A stretch of DNA of 64,000 nucleotides from the NCBI GenBank assembly GCA_028534125.1, contig CM052817.1, positions 29,018,001-29,082,000 on the forward strand. The letters run 5' to 3'. The translations under genes were made by a program, and so were the position numbers. The notes beneath the pieces were generated by a model. That model searched no databases. It was not told the DNA's origin and saw only the letters and a program-made list of their open reading frames with translations. The stretch comes from Lama glama (lineage: Eukaryota). Each line of letters starts with the position of its first letter. Position 1 is the first letter of the stretch. Below, piece by piece: positions 1-13,706 of this stretch.

Positions 1-1060
1 TGAAAGCAAAAGATGGAGACAAGATTGGAAGAATAATATATAAATATCATACGTTTTGAAAAAGAAATATTGCAACTAAACATGGGTAGAGAAGAGGGAA
101 ACAGAAAAGTTAAATAAAGATATTGACTGTTGTATAGGTAATAGGTAGGTATCACTAAAAACTGACACTAAATATCAATAAGAAATTTATCAACCCAGAT
201 AGTAAATGGTCATATAAGAAAACTTGATACAGGGCATTAAGAAGTATAAAGTGTAAAATTCCTGGAACAAAAATACAGAACTTCCTAAACAGAAAATAAT
301 TTTTAAGAAGAGAAAAGGAAACACATCACATACAGAAAGAAGAGCAGGAAAGATAATATAGCAATTTATAATATAAAATAATATGAGAGTTCAGTTCAAA
401 AATACCAGTCATTTCAATAAATGAGAATGGGCTTAACTACCCAATAAAATAAAAATACCTCAATTGATCTCACTAGACAAAAACTGTATGTTGTGTAAAG
501 TGACACACCTAAAACAAAGTGATTCAGAGAAGCTGAAAATAAAGTGAAAGTAATGTTATACCAGCCAAAGGGAAACATTAAGAAAACTGGAGTTTCAACA
601 TCTATATAAAGCAAACCAAATCAGAATTCAAGCCAGAAAACAGTCAACCTGAAAAAGGACACTTTTTTAATACTGAAAGCTACTATACACAATGAATGTA
701 GGTATCTGTCAGATATAACATAGCAACCACCTTGATAAAGCAGAAACTACAAGCGATTCAAGCTTTTTTGTGGGGGAAAAACTTAAACTAGGAGCCTTTT
801 GCATACTACTTTTAGTATAAAACAAACCAAGTGGGCCCAAAATAGTGAAAGATATGGACAATAATAACATAATCAATTTTATGAATGTATATTGAAATTT
901 ACATCCTAATAATAAAGGACATATCCTCCTCTCAAGTGCATTAAGAAACACTCACAAAGATCAATCACATGTTGGATCACAGAGAAGGCATTCTTAAGTT
1001 TCAGCAAGTAGGATTACTACAAACAGCACTTTCTGAATACAGTACAATAAAACTATAAAT
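1..1060 (+). mobile_element. Old L1 fragment (inter-ORF/ORF2 endonuclease region)
   Basis: A-rich; decayed endonuclease-like coding around 480-700 (gctgaaaataaag..ataccagccaaagggaaacattaagaaaactggagt). Confidence 0.7.
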
Positions 1061-1498
1061 TAATGGATGAATGAGTGGATGGACACACGGAAAACTGTGT
1101 ACACAGGGATGATTAATGCAAAATGATAGCAAGAAAGATTGTGGACTGTGTAAAAACATTAACAAGGAAAGTGACCATCAGATGCCAATTGTTTGGCAAA
1201 TGATCAAAGCAGGGTAAGAGCTGGGCCAGGTGACTTCTTAAAGTCTCTCCTCTGATGCTTTAATAAATAGGTTATTTAAATAAAATAAAGTATGCAGCTA
1301 GGAGTCTATTTCCTTATACAGAATATATTCTAATTATTAAACTTCTTAAAAAACATAGCAGGGCAAAAATATCCAGAGCTGAACTGAGGACAGAGCAAGG
1401 AGTAATGAGGTAATATAAGATCTGACAGCTTCAAACAAAGAGCTGTGCCTACTCTTGATAACCCTGCCTAAAAGACAAAGTGCCTTAAGAGAAGGCAG

Positions 1499-2485
1499 TT
1501 AAGGATGATTGGCAAGCATTCTATTTAAAGATGGATCATATCTTATGTTCTGCAAACAGCACCACATTCAGAAAGATGGAAACAGCGTCTCTATCAAGAT
1601 GAAACAGGAGAGATGGAGTAAATACAATTATGGCTGAGAGATGTCATGTGTGCTTCCTTTTAGGACTGTTAAATTATTCTACACAGAGGGGGAAAGGATC
1701 CCAAATCCAGCAGGACAATGAAGGATGGACGATGACAGCCTCAGTATTCTCCTTCCAGCAGTGTTGACTACATCCCAGTTGCAGAGGAGAATATTGTTTC
1801 CTTGAGATACACTGTTCACATGCTTCTGTAATAATTATTACAACTCTTCACATTTATTTAATAACCTACTCACTGACAGCTCTTTGTGATGACTTGAGGT
1901 TTTGCTTAAATATCCCTGGGAAGTAGGGAATATCCTTCCCTTTTTGTCATCAGCTATCCAAGATTTACAAGCCACCAGGAAAATTTCATTAAGACTGCAA
2001 AATATGTCATACATTTTCCTCACAGTTTCTGCTAACACGTAGTAATTGTCGAGCACGGTTATCTTTGTTTTCAAACGAAAGAAGGGCAGAGTAGATAGAA
2101 CCAAGTAGATCTCCATCAAAGAAGCCAAGATCAGTCACTAATCCCCTCCTTCTACTCTACCTCTGTCCTGTCGCTAGGGCTGCTGCATACAGCTGTTCAG
2201 GTTGTTCACTGCACACAGTCATTTTGACAAACAGGTAAGTAAAGGCTGAAATGTAAGGCACAGCTCCAACATAGGACTGCATTCCCTCAGTACATCTACC
2301 TTTTTCCAAATTCTCACAAAATATACCCTGTGAGCTCACCACGGCCTTGCCTGTCTGCCTGTCTGTATCTCTCAGGGCATAGACAGAAATGTTGATCTAA
2401 TGCTAGGCAGTGATCTACCCAGTATGAAAGAAAGGTCCCCGTGGAAAACTGCTCATGAGTACAAAACAGTCCTTTCTCCTTCTTC
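1499..2485 (-). pseudogene. Terminal pseudo-exon, ZSWIM C-terminal-like region
   Basis: Long T-rich acceptor (tttttttcag, AG at 2486-2487). ORF-track pieces 2314-2559, 2157-2342 and 1838-2128 are frameshifted parts of it: ..FVKMTVCSEQPEQLYAAALATGQR* / LASLMEIYLVLSTLPFFRLKTKITVLDNYYVLAETVRKMYDIFC.. The 3' end is approximate. Confidence 0.65.
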
Positions 2486-2892
2486 CTGAAAAAAAGAAAA
2501 AAAAAGAAAAGAAAGGAAAACTGCTTTTGCATGATGGTGACATACCCAGTTACAAACATTCAACTCCTTAGGTTCCCTTACAGCGAGGCGTGGTCAAGCG
2601 ACATGATTTGCGGCCTAAGACCGAAGCTGAGGCTTTCTAGGAAGGCTTTGCTCTCTCTGATGTAAGGCCCTGCCCTTCTTGCTTCCATTCCTTTGCTTTT
2701 TTGTTTGCAAAGCAGATAGTATGCTGAGGATGCCTCAGCCATTTTGTGATTAGATGACAACACGAAAAAAAAAAATCCTTCCACTGAGGAGGGCCCACCA
2801 CCAGGAAGGTGAAACAGTCCAGGACAGCAAGAGCACCATGAAGACAGACTTCACTCCCTCCACGCTGCTCGTGGTGCGCAAAGAATAAACCT

Positions 2893-3042
2893 TTTTAAAT
2901 CTAATTTTTATTGAAGTATAGTTGATTTACAATGTTGTGTCACTCTCTGGTGTACAACGTAGTGATTCAGTTATATGTATTTTTTTTCATATTCTTTTTC
3001 ATTATAGGTTAATAAAAGACGTTGAATATAGTTCCCTGTGCT
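2893..3042 (-). mobile_element. L1 3' end fragment nested in a MaLR-like LTR
   Basis: ttgaagtatagttgatttacaatgttgtg..atatagttccctgtgct is an antisense L1 3' terminus. The flanks read aataaac..ttgttaagccactga. Confidence 0.7.
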
Positions 3043-3236
3043 TTTTGTTAAGCCACTGAATACTGGTTACTGTCCCACACATGAAAAAGCACTCCTGACA
3101 TGTCAGTCCTGCCTCTACCTTGGAAGAAATGTGTGAGAAAGCTTTTGCCAGGTTTCATGTCCAGAGGAGTTATTGTGTATTATATGCATCTCGTTTAAAA
3201 GTTTCATCATTAATTACTGAGGAGAACCTAACTTAC

Positions 3237-3709
3237 TGTTTCTACCTCATAGACAAGTAATTTAAGTAGGTTTTAGTTACATGGCACAGATATATTGCTA
3301 AAGAGGAATTATGACATTTCCCAAAGTCTTGGTACGATTCCAAGGAAAGGGGAATAGTAGTTAATATTTAGCTGAGCTCTGCTGTTTTCTCTGTTTAATA
3401 TGCTCAGCATATAGAATTTTTTAACAGATCCTGGCCCATGGTCAATAAGTATTGAACAATGATTACAATGACAGCAATATATCAACTGTTTTAAACAGTA
3501 TCCGAAAGAACAGTTCGTGATATAGGTAAAAATAGACTGAATAAATTATAGACCCTGATGTTACAGCTCCTAAAATAGAACATCCCTCAATCTCAGACGC
3601 CAAAGTTTCCTGCTCTTTAAGAACTGTAAAGTTTTACTAAAAATTTACTCATGGCTAAGTTTACTGAAAGTCCACATACTTATTTCATGAAATGAGATCT
3701 TCTGTATCA
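3237..3709 (-). pseudogene. Candidate internal pseudo-exon
   Basis: Acceptor ctctccctttaag and donor gtaagt (3231-3236). The frame reads IQKISFHEISMWTFSKLSHE*IFSKTLQFLKSRKLWRLRL.. with several stops. Confidence 0.4.
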
Positions 3710-4543
3710 CTTAAAGGGAGAGTTCCAGAGAGGAGGTATACATGCAAGGTGTTTGTGCCCGGATGGCTTGTACTACGTGTAGGATGAGAATTAATCACTT
3801 GGCGCAAATGCTTTGTGCCTTATGCCCTCCCCAGAGTGTAAACTCCAGAGGGCAATGCTTTTCATCCTCTATAAGCTTAAATCTTAGAATAATGCCATTC
3901 ACTCAATACTAAGATTTCTCCTTTCTATTGTTTTCCAGCCATGGAAATGTAACGGTAAGTTCAGTGTCTCTCCTGAAAGTGTTCATGGTCTTATGGTGGA
4001 AATATATCTATTTTTTATACCAAAGTGAGGAGAATCTAGTAATTGAGGTGGGTAATTACTGTGCAGTTGAAATATATGAATAAAAAACTGCTGCAAATAA
4101 AGAAGGAAACAGAAAATCGTATTACTAGTAAGATAGTTTAAGACATGTCTTTCTTAAAAGAAGCAAAGGTAATCCAAGAAATAATAGAAATCTGAATAAC
4201 AGATTATTCAAATAGCTTTATAGAGAGAAAAGCTTATATTACATCAATAAAGAACATACCTTTTAAAATTACTTATAAAAAATTTTAAACGTTGACCCTC
4301 TGTTGGGCCACAAAGAAAATGTCAGGTGATTCCCCAAAGAATGCAAACTACATTCTTTGATGACAGTGAAATTAATCTACAAATAAAAAAGATATAAACA
4401 ACTAAAATGCAACCACTTAGAAATGTTAAGAAAAAAATATTAAAATAATATTGGCACCAAGAGGAATTTAAAATCTCCCTTTCAAATTATTTAGAAAATG
4501 ATTATAAAAAGAATATTAAATATCAAAACACATGTGCTGTAGC

Positions 4544-5050
4544 TGCTAACTAAAAATTGGCACTTGCCATCTGCCTCTACAAAGATTGGATCACACTGGC
4601 ACTTTCCATCTAACTCTGCTTGGATTAAATCACGAGCCCCTGCAGCTGCTGACCTCCAACACACCCTGAAAGGAGTTCAGGGTGGAGATCAGGAATGAGG
4701 CGCTCTGTGCTCTGGGAAAACTGGTGGAACAGGCTTTCGGATACTTAGGTATTTTCAGGAGAAGATTTTATGACCCCCAATTCATGCATCTCCTCGTATC
4801 CAGAAAAGCACTAAAATCATTAATGGTGACAGCTGCTCCTTGTGACTAGCAGCAACCTCTGCCCTAATGTGTGCCTGACTGCACGTCCCCCCTGCACTGA
4901 AATCATATATAATGCTGAGTTTCCCCTGCCTCCTTGGAATAGTTTCTCAGAGCTTTCTGGGATGCTGTCTCCCAGGCTATACTCCTCATTTTGCCCCAAA
5001 TAAAACTTAACCCACAGCTCTCACATTGTGTGATTTTATTTCAGTTGACA
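4544..5050 (+). mobile_element. ERV1-type solo LTR inserted in an L1 fragment
   Basis: TG..CA ends, AATAAA near the 3' end, near-perfect 4-bp target-site duplication TAGC/TAGT. Confidence 0.75.
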
Positions 5051-5394
5051 TAGTTAATATCATACTTACAGAAAAATTCACTTTAGAAAGTTTCATTGAT
5101 AAATAAGGGACAACAAAGATAAACTGGTCAAACATTTATAAGTTAGCATAAAATTGTACAGTTAAAAAACACAATTCTGTCTTTGGTTAAAATAAAGTAT
5201 GGACTATGTTTATCCAACTGGGAATCAATTGAAGCATGAATACATTTTTATCCTATGATATAAAAGGCATTTTTTTAAGTTGATGAGGAAACTGACAGAA
5301 AAAAGGAATACTTGATTAATCAAAGAAATTTCTCTGTAAGATAGATTTAACTTTATCTTTACTTGATATAGCAAGAGAAAAACTCCATGTGTGT

Positions 5395-5874
5395 TGTCGA
5401 CTGAAATAAATGTGCAACCTAAAAGTTGAGAGTTATGTTTTATTTGGTGGGAGGACTCAAGCTGGGATGGCAGCCTCTCAGATCATTCTGAGGGACTGCT
5501 CTGAAGTGGTAGGGGGAGGAGCCAGGATATACAGGAGCTTTACAAAAAAGACCAGGTAGCTGGAACAATAAAGGATTACTTGTTATCTAAAGAAAACCAG
5601 GCACCTCAAGTTAAAGAATTTAGCGCTTTTCTGTGTATGGGAGGAAGCACATATTTGGGCTCATTGAATTCATTCCTTTGACAAGCACCTAGCTATTTAG
5701 CGCCAGTATCCTGTCCTGTCTTATTCTGAGTCCCCTCAGAGTGCACCACTGTGAGTGGCTGCAGAGGCTGGGCTGCAGGCTTGTCTTCACTGGGGGGTGG
5801 CAGCAGCCGCTGATGACTTGATGGCTTCAGCATTCTTTGTTTACTCATATGGTTTGCAGTATTTTTCATTCACA
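5395..5874 (-). mobile_element. ERV1-type solo LTR
   Basis: tgtcgactgaaataaa..attcaca. Its terminus is the reverse complement of the 3' end of the 4544-5050 LTR; antisense polyA signal (ttttatt). Confidence 0.7.
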
Positions 5875-7252
5875 GGATGTGTGTGTGTGTGTGTGTGCGT
5901 AATTTCCCTCCATTCAATATAGAGACAACTCTAGCATTTTGCAAATGTTACTAACTAAACTCATAACATTTTTAAATGGCTACCATGTATCATCATTTTC
6001 CTCTTGCAAAACAGTTAATCTATAATATTTTTAGAGAAAAGTGTTTCTGGTGCTCCAAAAAATCTATATGTAATATGGAATGTATTTATTTCTCATTTTT
6101 TTAAAAAAGGGGGAGAATAACAAAAACAAATATAAGGGTGGAATTCAGATAATAAAAGTGAATTAATAAATTAGAAAACTGAAAAGCAAAAAAATATATT
6201 TGTTTTAGTAATTCTAGGGGAAAGGGAAAAAGATAAAACACTGGATATACTAGCTGGAAAACTAAATATATAAAATATGAAAGGGCCATGTGTAATAAAA
6301 ACAGATGAAAAGAAACTTGAATTGCTTGTTTCAGAATTCTTCATAATAACACTACAACGATAAATTTCAAAACATGGATAAAGTAGACTATTGCCCAAAT
6401 GTGTAACAAACTTGATCAAAGAAAAGGGTTGATAGAATTAGCAAATAAAAATACAGGATGCAGAGTTAATTTGAAAATCAAAAAACAAACAACTTTTAAA
6501 AAGGATAAATTCTAAAACTCTTAACAATAACTTACAAAGCTCTCTCAAGTCTACACCTGCAAATACTATTTTCTTTATATATGTAAATATGTAAGATATA
6601 TGTAAGTTATAATGAATAACAATAAAAGCTCAAGAACTCATTATTCACATCAAGGACTAGAATTTTATCAATAATGTGCTCTTTCCTCAGCTCATTCCTC
6701 TGCCTACTCACCCCCAGCCAAGTAAGTAACCAGTCTTGAGTTTTGTGATTATAATTCTTTTCTTTTGTTTTTTTGATGAATGAATTCTCAAGTAAAGTCA
6801 CTGTTTAGTTTTGCTCATTTTTGAGGTTACAAAAGTGGCTTTTTCCTGCATAGTTTTCCAAGACTAGTGTTTTTTTCTCAATTTTATTTTATTACTACTA
6901 TTATTGTCACATGTATGTGTGGGGATATGGTTTAAGCTGGGTTGGAGTTTTGCCAGATGGGAGTGATGGATGGAGAGAGACCAAGGAAGTTGAACATGCA
7001 AGCAAGGGTGTGATTATAATTACTGCCTATGGAATTTAAAGAAGATATTGATGACACAAGAGGGATGAGGAGCATAGAAAAGATGACTTTGTCAATGATT
7101 TATAGGTCCTGGTGGGGATCAAAAGATTGTTAGAGTCAAGCAACTAATGAAAGTAAGTTAGACAGATAAGAAATGATACTGAGAGAATGTATTTCAAATA
7201 TTAATATGAGAAGATCAAGAGAGGAAAGATGAAGATGTGAACTTTTAACTAC

Positions 7253-7666
7253 CTGCCAAAAAAGCCTGTTTTTTGTTTCAGTAGAGACACATTTTCTTAA
7301 AAAGATTATAAAAGGGTATATTTCAAACCAACACTTAGTACTATGTTTAAGAGTGACATCAGGTCTATTAAAAGTAGGACTAAAATGGTTCTTTTCCTTA
7401 TAATCAGTATTACTTAGCATTGTTTTAGAAGAATTATTCAAAAAGACTGAACTTTAGCTCCTGCCTGAGAATATTCCTCATCACTCCAAATTTCTGGCAC
7501 GATCTTCAGTGATACTAACATTCTGCTCAGATACAACGACCTGTCTCTGAACTTCACCAGACCTTTGCATCACCAGAAACTGAACACTTCCAAAATCTCA
7601 ATTTCTTCACTGTACGCTCTTAACAATTCCTTTCAGTCTGCCCACTCTCTTGCTCAAACACACTCC
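7253..7666 (-). pseudogene. Internal pseudo-exon
   Basis: Acceptor tctttactgtggcag and donor CAG/gtagtt. Reads ECV*AREWAD*KELLRAYSEEIEILEVFSFW*..SLKIVPEIWSDEEY.., then frameshifts into ORF 7136-7441, ending ..RLFWQ at the donor. Confidence 0.6.
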
Positions 7667-8612
7667 CTGCCACAGTAAAGACATTGACCAAACTTAAAAA
7701 CAACAACAATAATACTCTGATTTTCTGGACTTAAAATTATTATATTATTCTCAACTTGTAGTTTTGTTGTTATTTTTATCACTTGTTTTACCATCAATGA
7801 ACATTCGATCCATTGTTACAGCAGAAACCAGTGAAGCTGCAAACTTCTAAACATCTATATGCAAATGACATGAAAATAATTTCTCTAGGAATTACATTCT
7901 CTTAATCTAATGTAAGCTGAGACAAGTGACCAACATAACTTAAATATATGCACAGAACTTGAGAACATTAATTTTTATTAAGAATATAATATGATTTCTA
8001 TGAAATTATAATCAGTCTTAGAGTTCAAATTTATAATATGTTTGAAAATAAATTAATTACATTTGTTTTTTTTCTGCAAACACTGACCTGCCCATGGAAT
8101 CACCAGAGGTCCAAAGAACACTCACTATGTAACACTCCTACAATTTTACTGACATGGAAATACATCATTCCACAAGACATCATTTTCTTTAAAAAAATAG
8201 ATTATAAAGTAGAATGTTTATGTGAGTATGCTGATGTGAAATGATATAATTGTATAGATAATAACATGAACATGTTTATATATACAACAGGAAAAAGACA
8301 TGGCTAGTTCCAGAAGAACGTTCTCCAAGTGATACACAAGAATACTTCTGAGGGATGGGATTTGGCTTTTTATTTTTTTATCTTTTCCCACTATATTGTA
8401 AGCTTTCAGAGGCTGTATTCTGTCACTTTATGTCTCCAATAAATATTTATTAAAAGGATAAACTAATAAGTAAATGGCAGCACTTGAAAGTTTTAGCAAT
8501 TTATTTATTGGCAAGTGGGTGGTAATTCTAACCCCTGCCAAATTTCAGTGATTGTAACTGCCAGTGATGAACAGGTGGGAAAGTAAGCTACTTACTCATC
8601 CCTTGTGTCCTC

Positions 8613-9130
8613 TGTGGTAGGTTGTCTCTGAATAAGGCCAGTGTCAATGCTGTTCCCGCTCATAGTTGCATATCACACCTGTGTCAAATATTTGAATCTA
8701 ACTCCCTTCTTCTTAAATCAGGCCAGATCCTGTCGCCCAACTAGTAAAATTCGGTGGGAGTGATATTCAGGGGCTTCTGAGGTCAGGTTTCTTCCTGAAC
8801 CTCAGGATGCTCATTCTTGGGACTTTCCCTCTTGGAACTCGGCACTTTTATGCCGTGAGAAGGCCCAACTACAGGAGGAGTCCACGGGTAGGGGCTCTGG
8901 TCCCGAGCTCCTAGGTGACAGACAGCATCACCTACCAGCTTTGTGAATGAGCCGCCTGGGACATCTAGCTTAGTCAAGACTTTAAGGCCTCCAGTCTGCC
9001 CTGGGAGAGACTTAAGTTAGGACCACCCTCCTGGGGCCCAGTCAACCCACAGAACCGTGAGAGAAAATATTTTCTTTTAATACATTATGCTTTGGGGTGA
9101 TATTTTTTACTGAGCAATAGATAACTGGAA
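8613..9130 (+). mobile_element. MaLR (MLT1-type) LTR
   Basis: tgtggtagg start and typical tail cccacagaaccgtgagaga..gcaatagataac. Confidence 0.65.
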
Positions 9131-9187
9131 GACACTATATTTTTGTAAATTAAAAAATTAGTATCTTTTAAGGATTCTGAAATATAC

Positions 9188-9270
9188 TTTTACTCAAGTA
9201 TTTTTCTCAGAGCCCTCAAAGTTGTCTGTTGAAATTCACCTTTTTGACTAGAACTTAATCCTTCCAACAC
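9188..9270 (-). pseudogene. Internal pseudo-exon
   Basis: Acceptor ctattttgtccag. Reads VLEGLSSSQKGEFQQTTLRALRKILE*. Phase 0 in and phase 2 out, fitting both neighbours; the exon ends at either 9188 or 9194. Confidence 0.55.
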
Positions 9271-9879
9271 CTGGACAAAATAGCATTTTAAACTTATTTT
9301 ATATTAATGCAAGTTAGTTACAGGATTTTTGATAATGATATTTTGCAACGTTTAATTAAGAGACAGTAGGAAAAAGGAGTGTAGGCCCAAGGGTCATTCT
9401 GGAAAGGTCCAGGCATGAAGATGCAGAACACTGTGCTAACTTGTACTGGAAAGAGAGAGATCTGAAGAGATGTGATATGTGTGTGTGTTGGGAAAAGAAA
9501 GAGCTCAAATTAAACTATAAATGGAATGGCCTTTTACCTCTATACACAACTTGGAAATTTCTAATGTTTTCCATTGTGTCTCAACATATAAGTAGGAGAT
9601 TTTCTGCCTTCTCCCACCAATCAAGGTATCTAAAGTGTCCCTCTTTCATTCATTCATTCATTCAACAAGTATTTATTAAACATCTTCTCTGTCCAATGCG
9701 CTAAACTTGGCAGTGGGGATACAGTGACAAACAAGACAGATAATTGAAATGGCTGGAATTTCAAAATTCGATTCTAGAGATCTTAAATCAACAGTAGGAT
9801 GCTGATGCCATTTATGCAATGATTAAAGAAGGCCGGATAAGGTATTAAGGCCTGGCCAGGACAAAATACTTCAATAATA

Positions 9880-10612
9880 TGATCACCATTCTGCAAAAAT
9901 GAAAAACAGAAATGCCATATGATCTATTAGAGCCACTTCTGAGAACTTATTTGAAGGAAACAAAAACATTATGTCAAAGAGGTATCTGCACCCTTATGCT
10001 CATAGCAGCATTATTTATAATAAGCCAAGATATGGAAACAACCTAAGTGTCCATTGATGAATGAATGGATGAAGAAGTTATGAGATACACACACACACAT
10101 GTGAAAATTATTTAGCCATAAAAACAAGGAAATCCTGAATTTGCAATAATCATGGATGGACCTTGAGGGCATTATGCTTAGTGAAATAAGTCAGAGTGAA
10201 AGGCAAATACTGTTTGATCTCATTTATATGTGGAATCTAAAAAACAAAACCAAACATAGTAAAAGAGATCAGATTTGTGGTTACCAATTATGAGATAAAT
10301 AAGTACTGAAGATGAAATGTACAACATAACTATAATTAACACTGCTGTATCATATATACATATACATATATATATGTATGTATATACGAAAATAGTTGAG
10401 AGTAAATCCTATGAGAAAAAAAATTTCTTTTCATTTTTTTCTTTTGTACCTATATGAGATGATGGATGTTAAGTAACTTACTGTGGTAATTATTTCATGA
10501 TATATGTAAGTGATATCATTACGCTACACATAATACAGTGCTGCATGTCAATACAGCACTCAAAGTTATACAGTGCTGCATGTCAATTATATTGTAATAA
10601 ACCTGGGGGAAA
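9880..10612 (+). mobile_element. L1M 3' end
   Basis: gcagcattattt..ggaaacaacctaagtgtcca..atggatggaccttgagggcattatgc..aataaacctgggggaaaa. Confidence 0.8.
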
Positions 10613-11453
10613 ATGTGATCAACAGCCTGTCCAGGCAGATTGCTCCGAGCCCTGGTGCTGGAACGGACTCTCTGGGTAACACCAAGTACTTGACTGAAGC
10701 AACTTATAGGGAACCATTATCTCTCTTCAGTTCTTCCCTGGCAGGCACTGCAGGTTCCAGCATCTCTATGACCAGCATTCATGACTGTGGGACCGCCATC
10801 CCTGTTCCAACTCCAGAACCATCTGAGTCTCCCAGCCCAGCATCCTCTTGCTTGGTCCCCATTCCTCATCTTCCTCCCTGGCCTCATCTTCTTATAAATC
10901 AAAATTTGATTCAGCTCCTTTTCTTTTAAAGTAAAGATCATTAAAAAGTAACTATCAGAAATAATCTCCAGACCCTAGCAACATAAAACTGTCATTTTTC
11001 ATTGAGTTCTAGTCTGAATTTAATCTCAAAGAGTAGGAAAACATGTAATATAAGTTAAGTAATTTAGTTGTATTACTTTGCTTAAAAATTACGTGTGAGG
11101 GTCTTTAGTTTTTGCGAAACATGAAGTTAAAAAAATTCGAGAAGAGTTAAACAACTATATACTACTCAGGAGGAACACTGTTCTAATAAAATATTCAAAA
11201 CAGTCATTCTTTTTGAAGTAAATACAATTACTTTCTCCCTTTGTGCACAACCATAGCTAGTCCATAGAAGGGGCAATGGAAGAATTACCATAATTTAGAA
11301 ATACAGTCAATACTGCTAACCTTATTGTCACTGGAAACCTCCCAATCCATTTAAAGTAAGGAAATAAAACACTCAGAGCTTTCGGCTACAGCTGCAAAGA
11401 TAAATGAAGTAATGGAGTTACACTAAGTAGCTTAGGAAGAGAGCAAATCTAAC

Positions 11454-11581
11454 CTCAGATGGGAAACTATAAAAATATATGAGCTAATTTTTGTCAGCAT
11501 ACTTGCAGATTGGGAGAACAAAGAGAAGAAATAGATCCAGGCACTTTTATATGGAAAAATCATTAGCATACATCTTCATCA
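11454..11581 (-). pseudogene. Internal pseudo-exon (128 nt)
   Basis: Acceptor ttttcttcag and donor GAG/gttag. Reads (V)MKMYANDFSI*KCLDLFLLFVLPICKYADKN*LIYFYSFPSE. Phase 1 in, phase 0 out. Confidence 0.6.
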
Positions 11582-11817
11582 CTGAAGAAAATCCCGATGA
11601 CAAGACATTACCAAAATTTTTATTCGTGTATTTGTATTTAAGTTTAATATACTCTCAAAGAATTACAAGAATCACAGACCAATACTAATTAAAGGAGATC
11701 TTTATAGTACCAAAATAATTAGATTACAGTATTTCAAGAAATAGAACTTGAGTCCTTAAAAATGATTGGAAATAAAAGCAGTAGCCAACATTCTATTAGA
11801 TTCTGATTTTTAAGTAC

Positions 11818-11934
11818 CATTACAGGACTTCCTCTTCCACAGTGTTCCTTGGGGGAAATTATTTAATCTGGACAGCGATCCACAGAAAGCTGTAAAATCC
11901 TGAAACAGCTAAGTATCTACCCACTGTGTGCTAA
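11818..11934 (-). pseudogene. Internal pseudo-exon (117 nt)
   Basis: Very long pyrimidine tract ending ttgtag, donor gtactt. Reads STQWVDT*LFQDFTAFCGSLSRLNNFPQGTLWKRKSCN, resembling recalled ZSWIM8 STWYLDESTL..HKFCG. Confidence 0.65.
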
Positions 11935-13364
11935 CTACAAAAAGAGAGCAAAGAAAAGGAAAAAAACAGAGTCTAGCAAAAGACAAACGGGGATTGAGAG
12001 ATTTGTTGCTTTGGGCAAACTCAGAAGTATGTAATTTTTTTTGACATTTCTGGCTCACTAGCATTACAGAAATGCCCAGGTTAAAGAATTTCATTCATAT
12101 GCCCTTTTTTCCTCTCTACCATGTCTGCTGTAAAGAGTGAGTTCTACTTGCTTTTGTATATAGATTATATGATATCAAGAGTGTGTATTTCCACTCTTTT
12201 GAAGGCATATTAATTATATAAAAGGAGGTAAATATTTATAATTACTGAGAAACTGGTTTCTTTGTTAATCTTCTAATACCCTTCTTTTGTAAATGTATCT
12301 ATTTCTAAAGCCTAACCACCAGCTTCACTTTTAAAAAAAAGACTTTAAAACACATAAACTTTGATTTACAAAGCCCTCTAGATATTACCGTAAAATGGGC
12401 TAAGATATATGAAGCACAACTTTCAAAAAAAATATAAAACTACAAAAACAACAATGTCACATGCTTTATGAAAAATAAGAAAGCCCATTAGACTGGAATC
12501 TCGAACTTTAGGTGATTCTACGACCAAATCATTACAAACCATTAATATTACACTGAATTCAGGCTTCTAATGTATAAGAAATCTCATGTTTTTAAAAAAA
12601 AGCAAAATTTCTAATACTAGCAATTAACAGAGATGTGGACCAAGGTAAATAACTACTCCTCATCCTTAAAAATTAAGAAACAGTCACAGAAAACATGTTG
12701 TTTATCTGGCCTGTTCATTGACAGCAGCACAATCTTGGCCTGCCTTTACGAATCCCATTCTCTGATTCTAGAATATTCTTTCACCCTGTGCCAGCCCCAA
12801 CCAGTCTACTTCTACCGTTTGCATAACACACTCTTACTCTTCTTCAATATTCACATCAAGCATCACCTCCTGAGCAAGCCTTACCTGGCCCCAGCGCTTC
12901 AGCCTCGCAGCACTGAGGGCTGGATAAAGTAACCTCATATTACCTCATGTTCACACTCTTTGCATACTGCATGATGCTGCCTGGATGCCTCCAGGTGTAA
13001 AGCAGCATCTTACCTTTCTCACCAAGTATTATGCCTGCCATTTACTAAGCTCTTAAGAAATATCTGCTCTACTAAACTGAATGAGATTTAATTTCTTTCT
13101 GTTCTACTTAACAGTAGCTGAAGCTCTATTAATTTAGGCCAAAAAGAAAGTTGAGAAGAATTGAATTATGTTATGGAATGAACTATGTAGTCTTACATGA
13201 CAATAACAGCAAATCACATAAAAGCAGTTAAGACCAGTGTATGGTTCTTGTATAAATGATCAGCCCTTCCACTCTAAGATACTAAAACTCTTAGGCTTCC
13301 CCAAGGGACTCTCTCTGTCCCAGGTCTGGTCCAGATCTGCTTCTGCTATTTTTGCCTTCTTTTC

Positions 13365-13400
<36 letters not shown>

Positions 13401-13407
13401 GTAACCC

Positions 13408-13706
13408 ACCCACTAACCCTGTTCTGTTCCCAAACTGGTTCATGTCAGGCTAATTACTTCCTTTTATAAGAACTTCTATTCAAACTTCAGAGAATTCTCA
13501 GTCTCTTCTTTAATTGATCCAGGCTGACTTCAATGCAGAAACTTTCTCAACTGTATTCCTATAACCCTAACACAGATTTGTAGGTTGGCAAATTTTCCAT
13601 AGATGTGATTCTTTTCCAGTTTCACCTCTGTCAAATCTTCTTGAGCAGCTGCCTAAAAATTCCCAGAGATATTTTCTCTTTTTACTGCTGAAGGCCACTC
13701 TGATAT
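13408..13706 (-). pseudogene. Internal pseudo-exon
   Basis: Acceptor tttcttccag and donor gttagt. In phase with the previous exon: RYQSGLQQ*KEKISLGIFRQLLKKI*..ESFCIEVSLDQLKKRLRIL*. Confidence 0.65.

Noticed and set aside
3931..3960. Plus-strand ttttccag..gtaagt micro-exon-like pattern
   Set aside because: Isolated 16-nt segment with no partner exons; plausible by chance.
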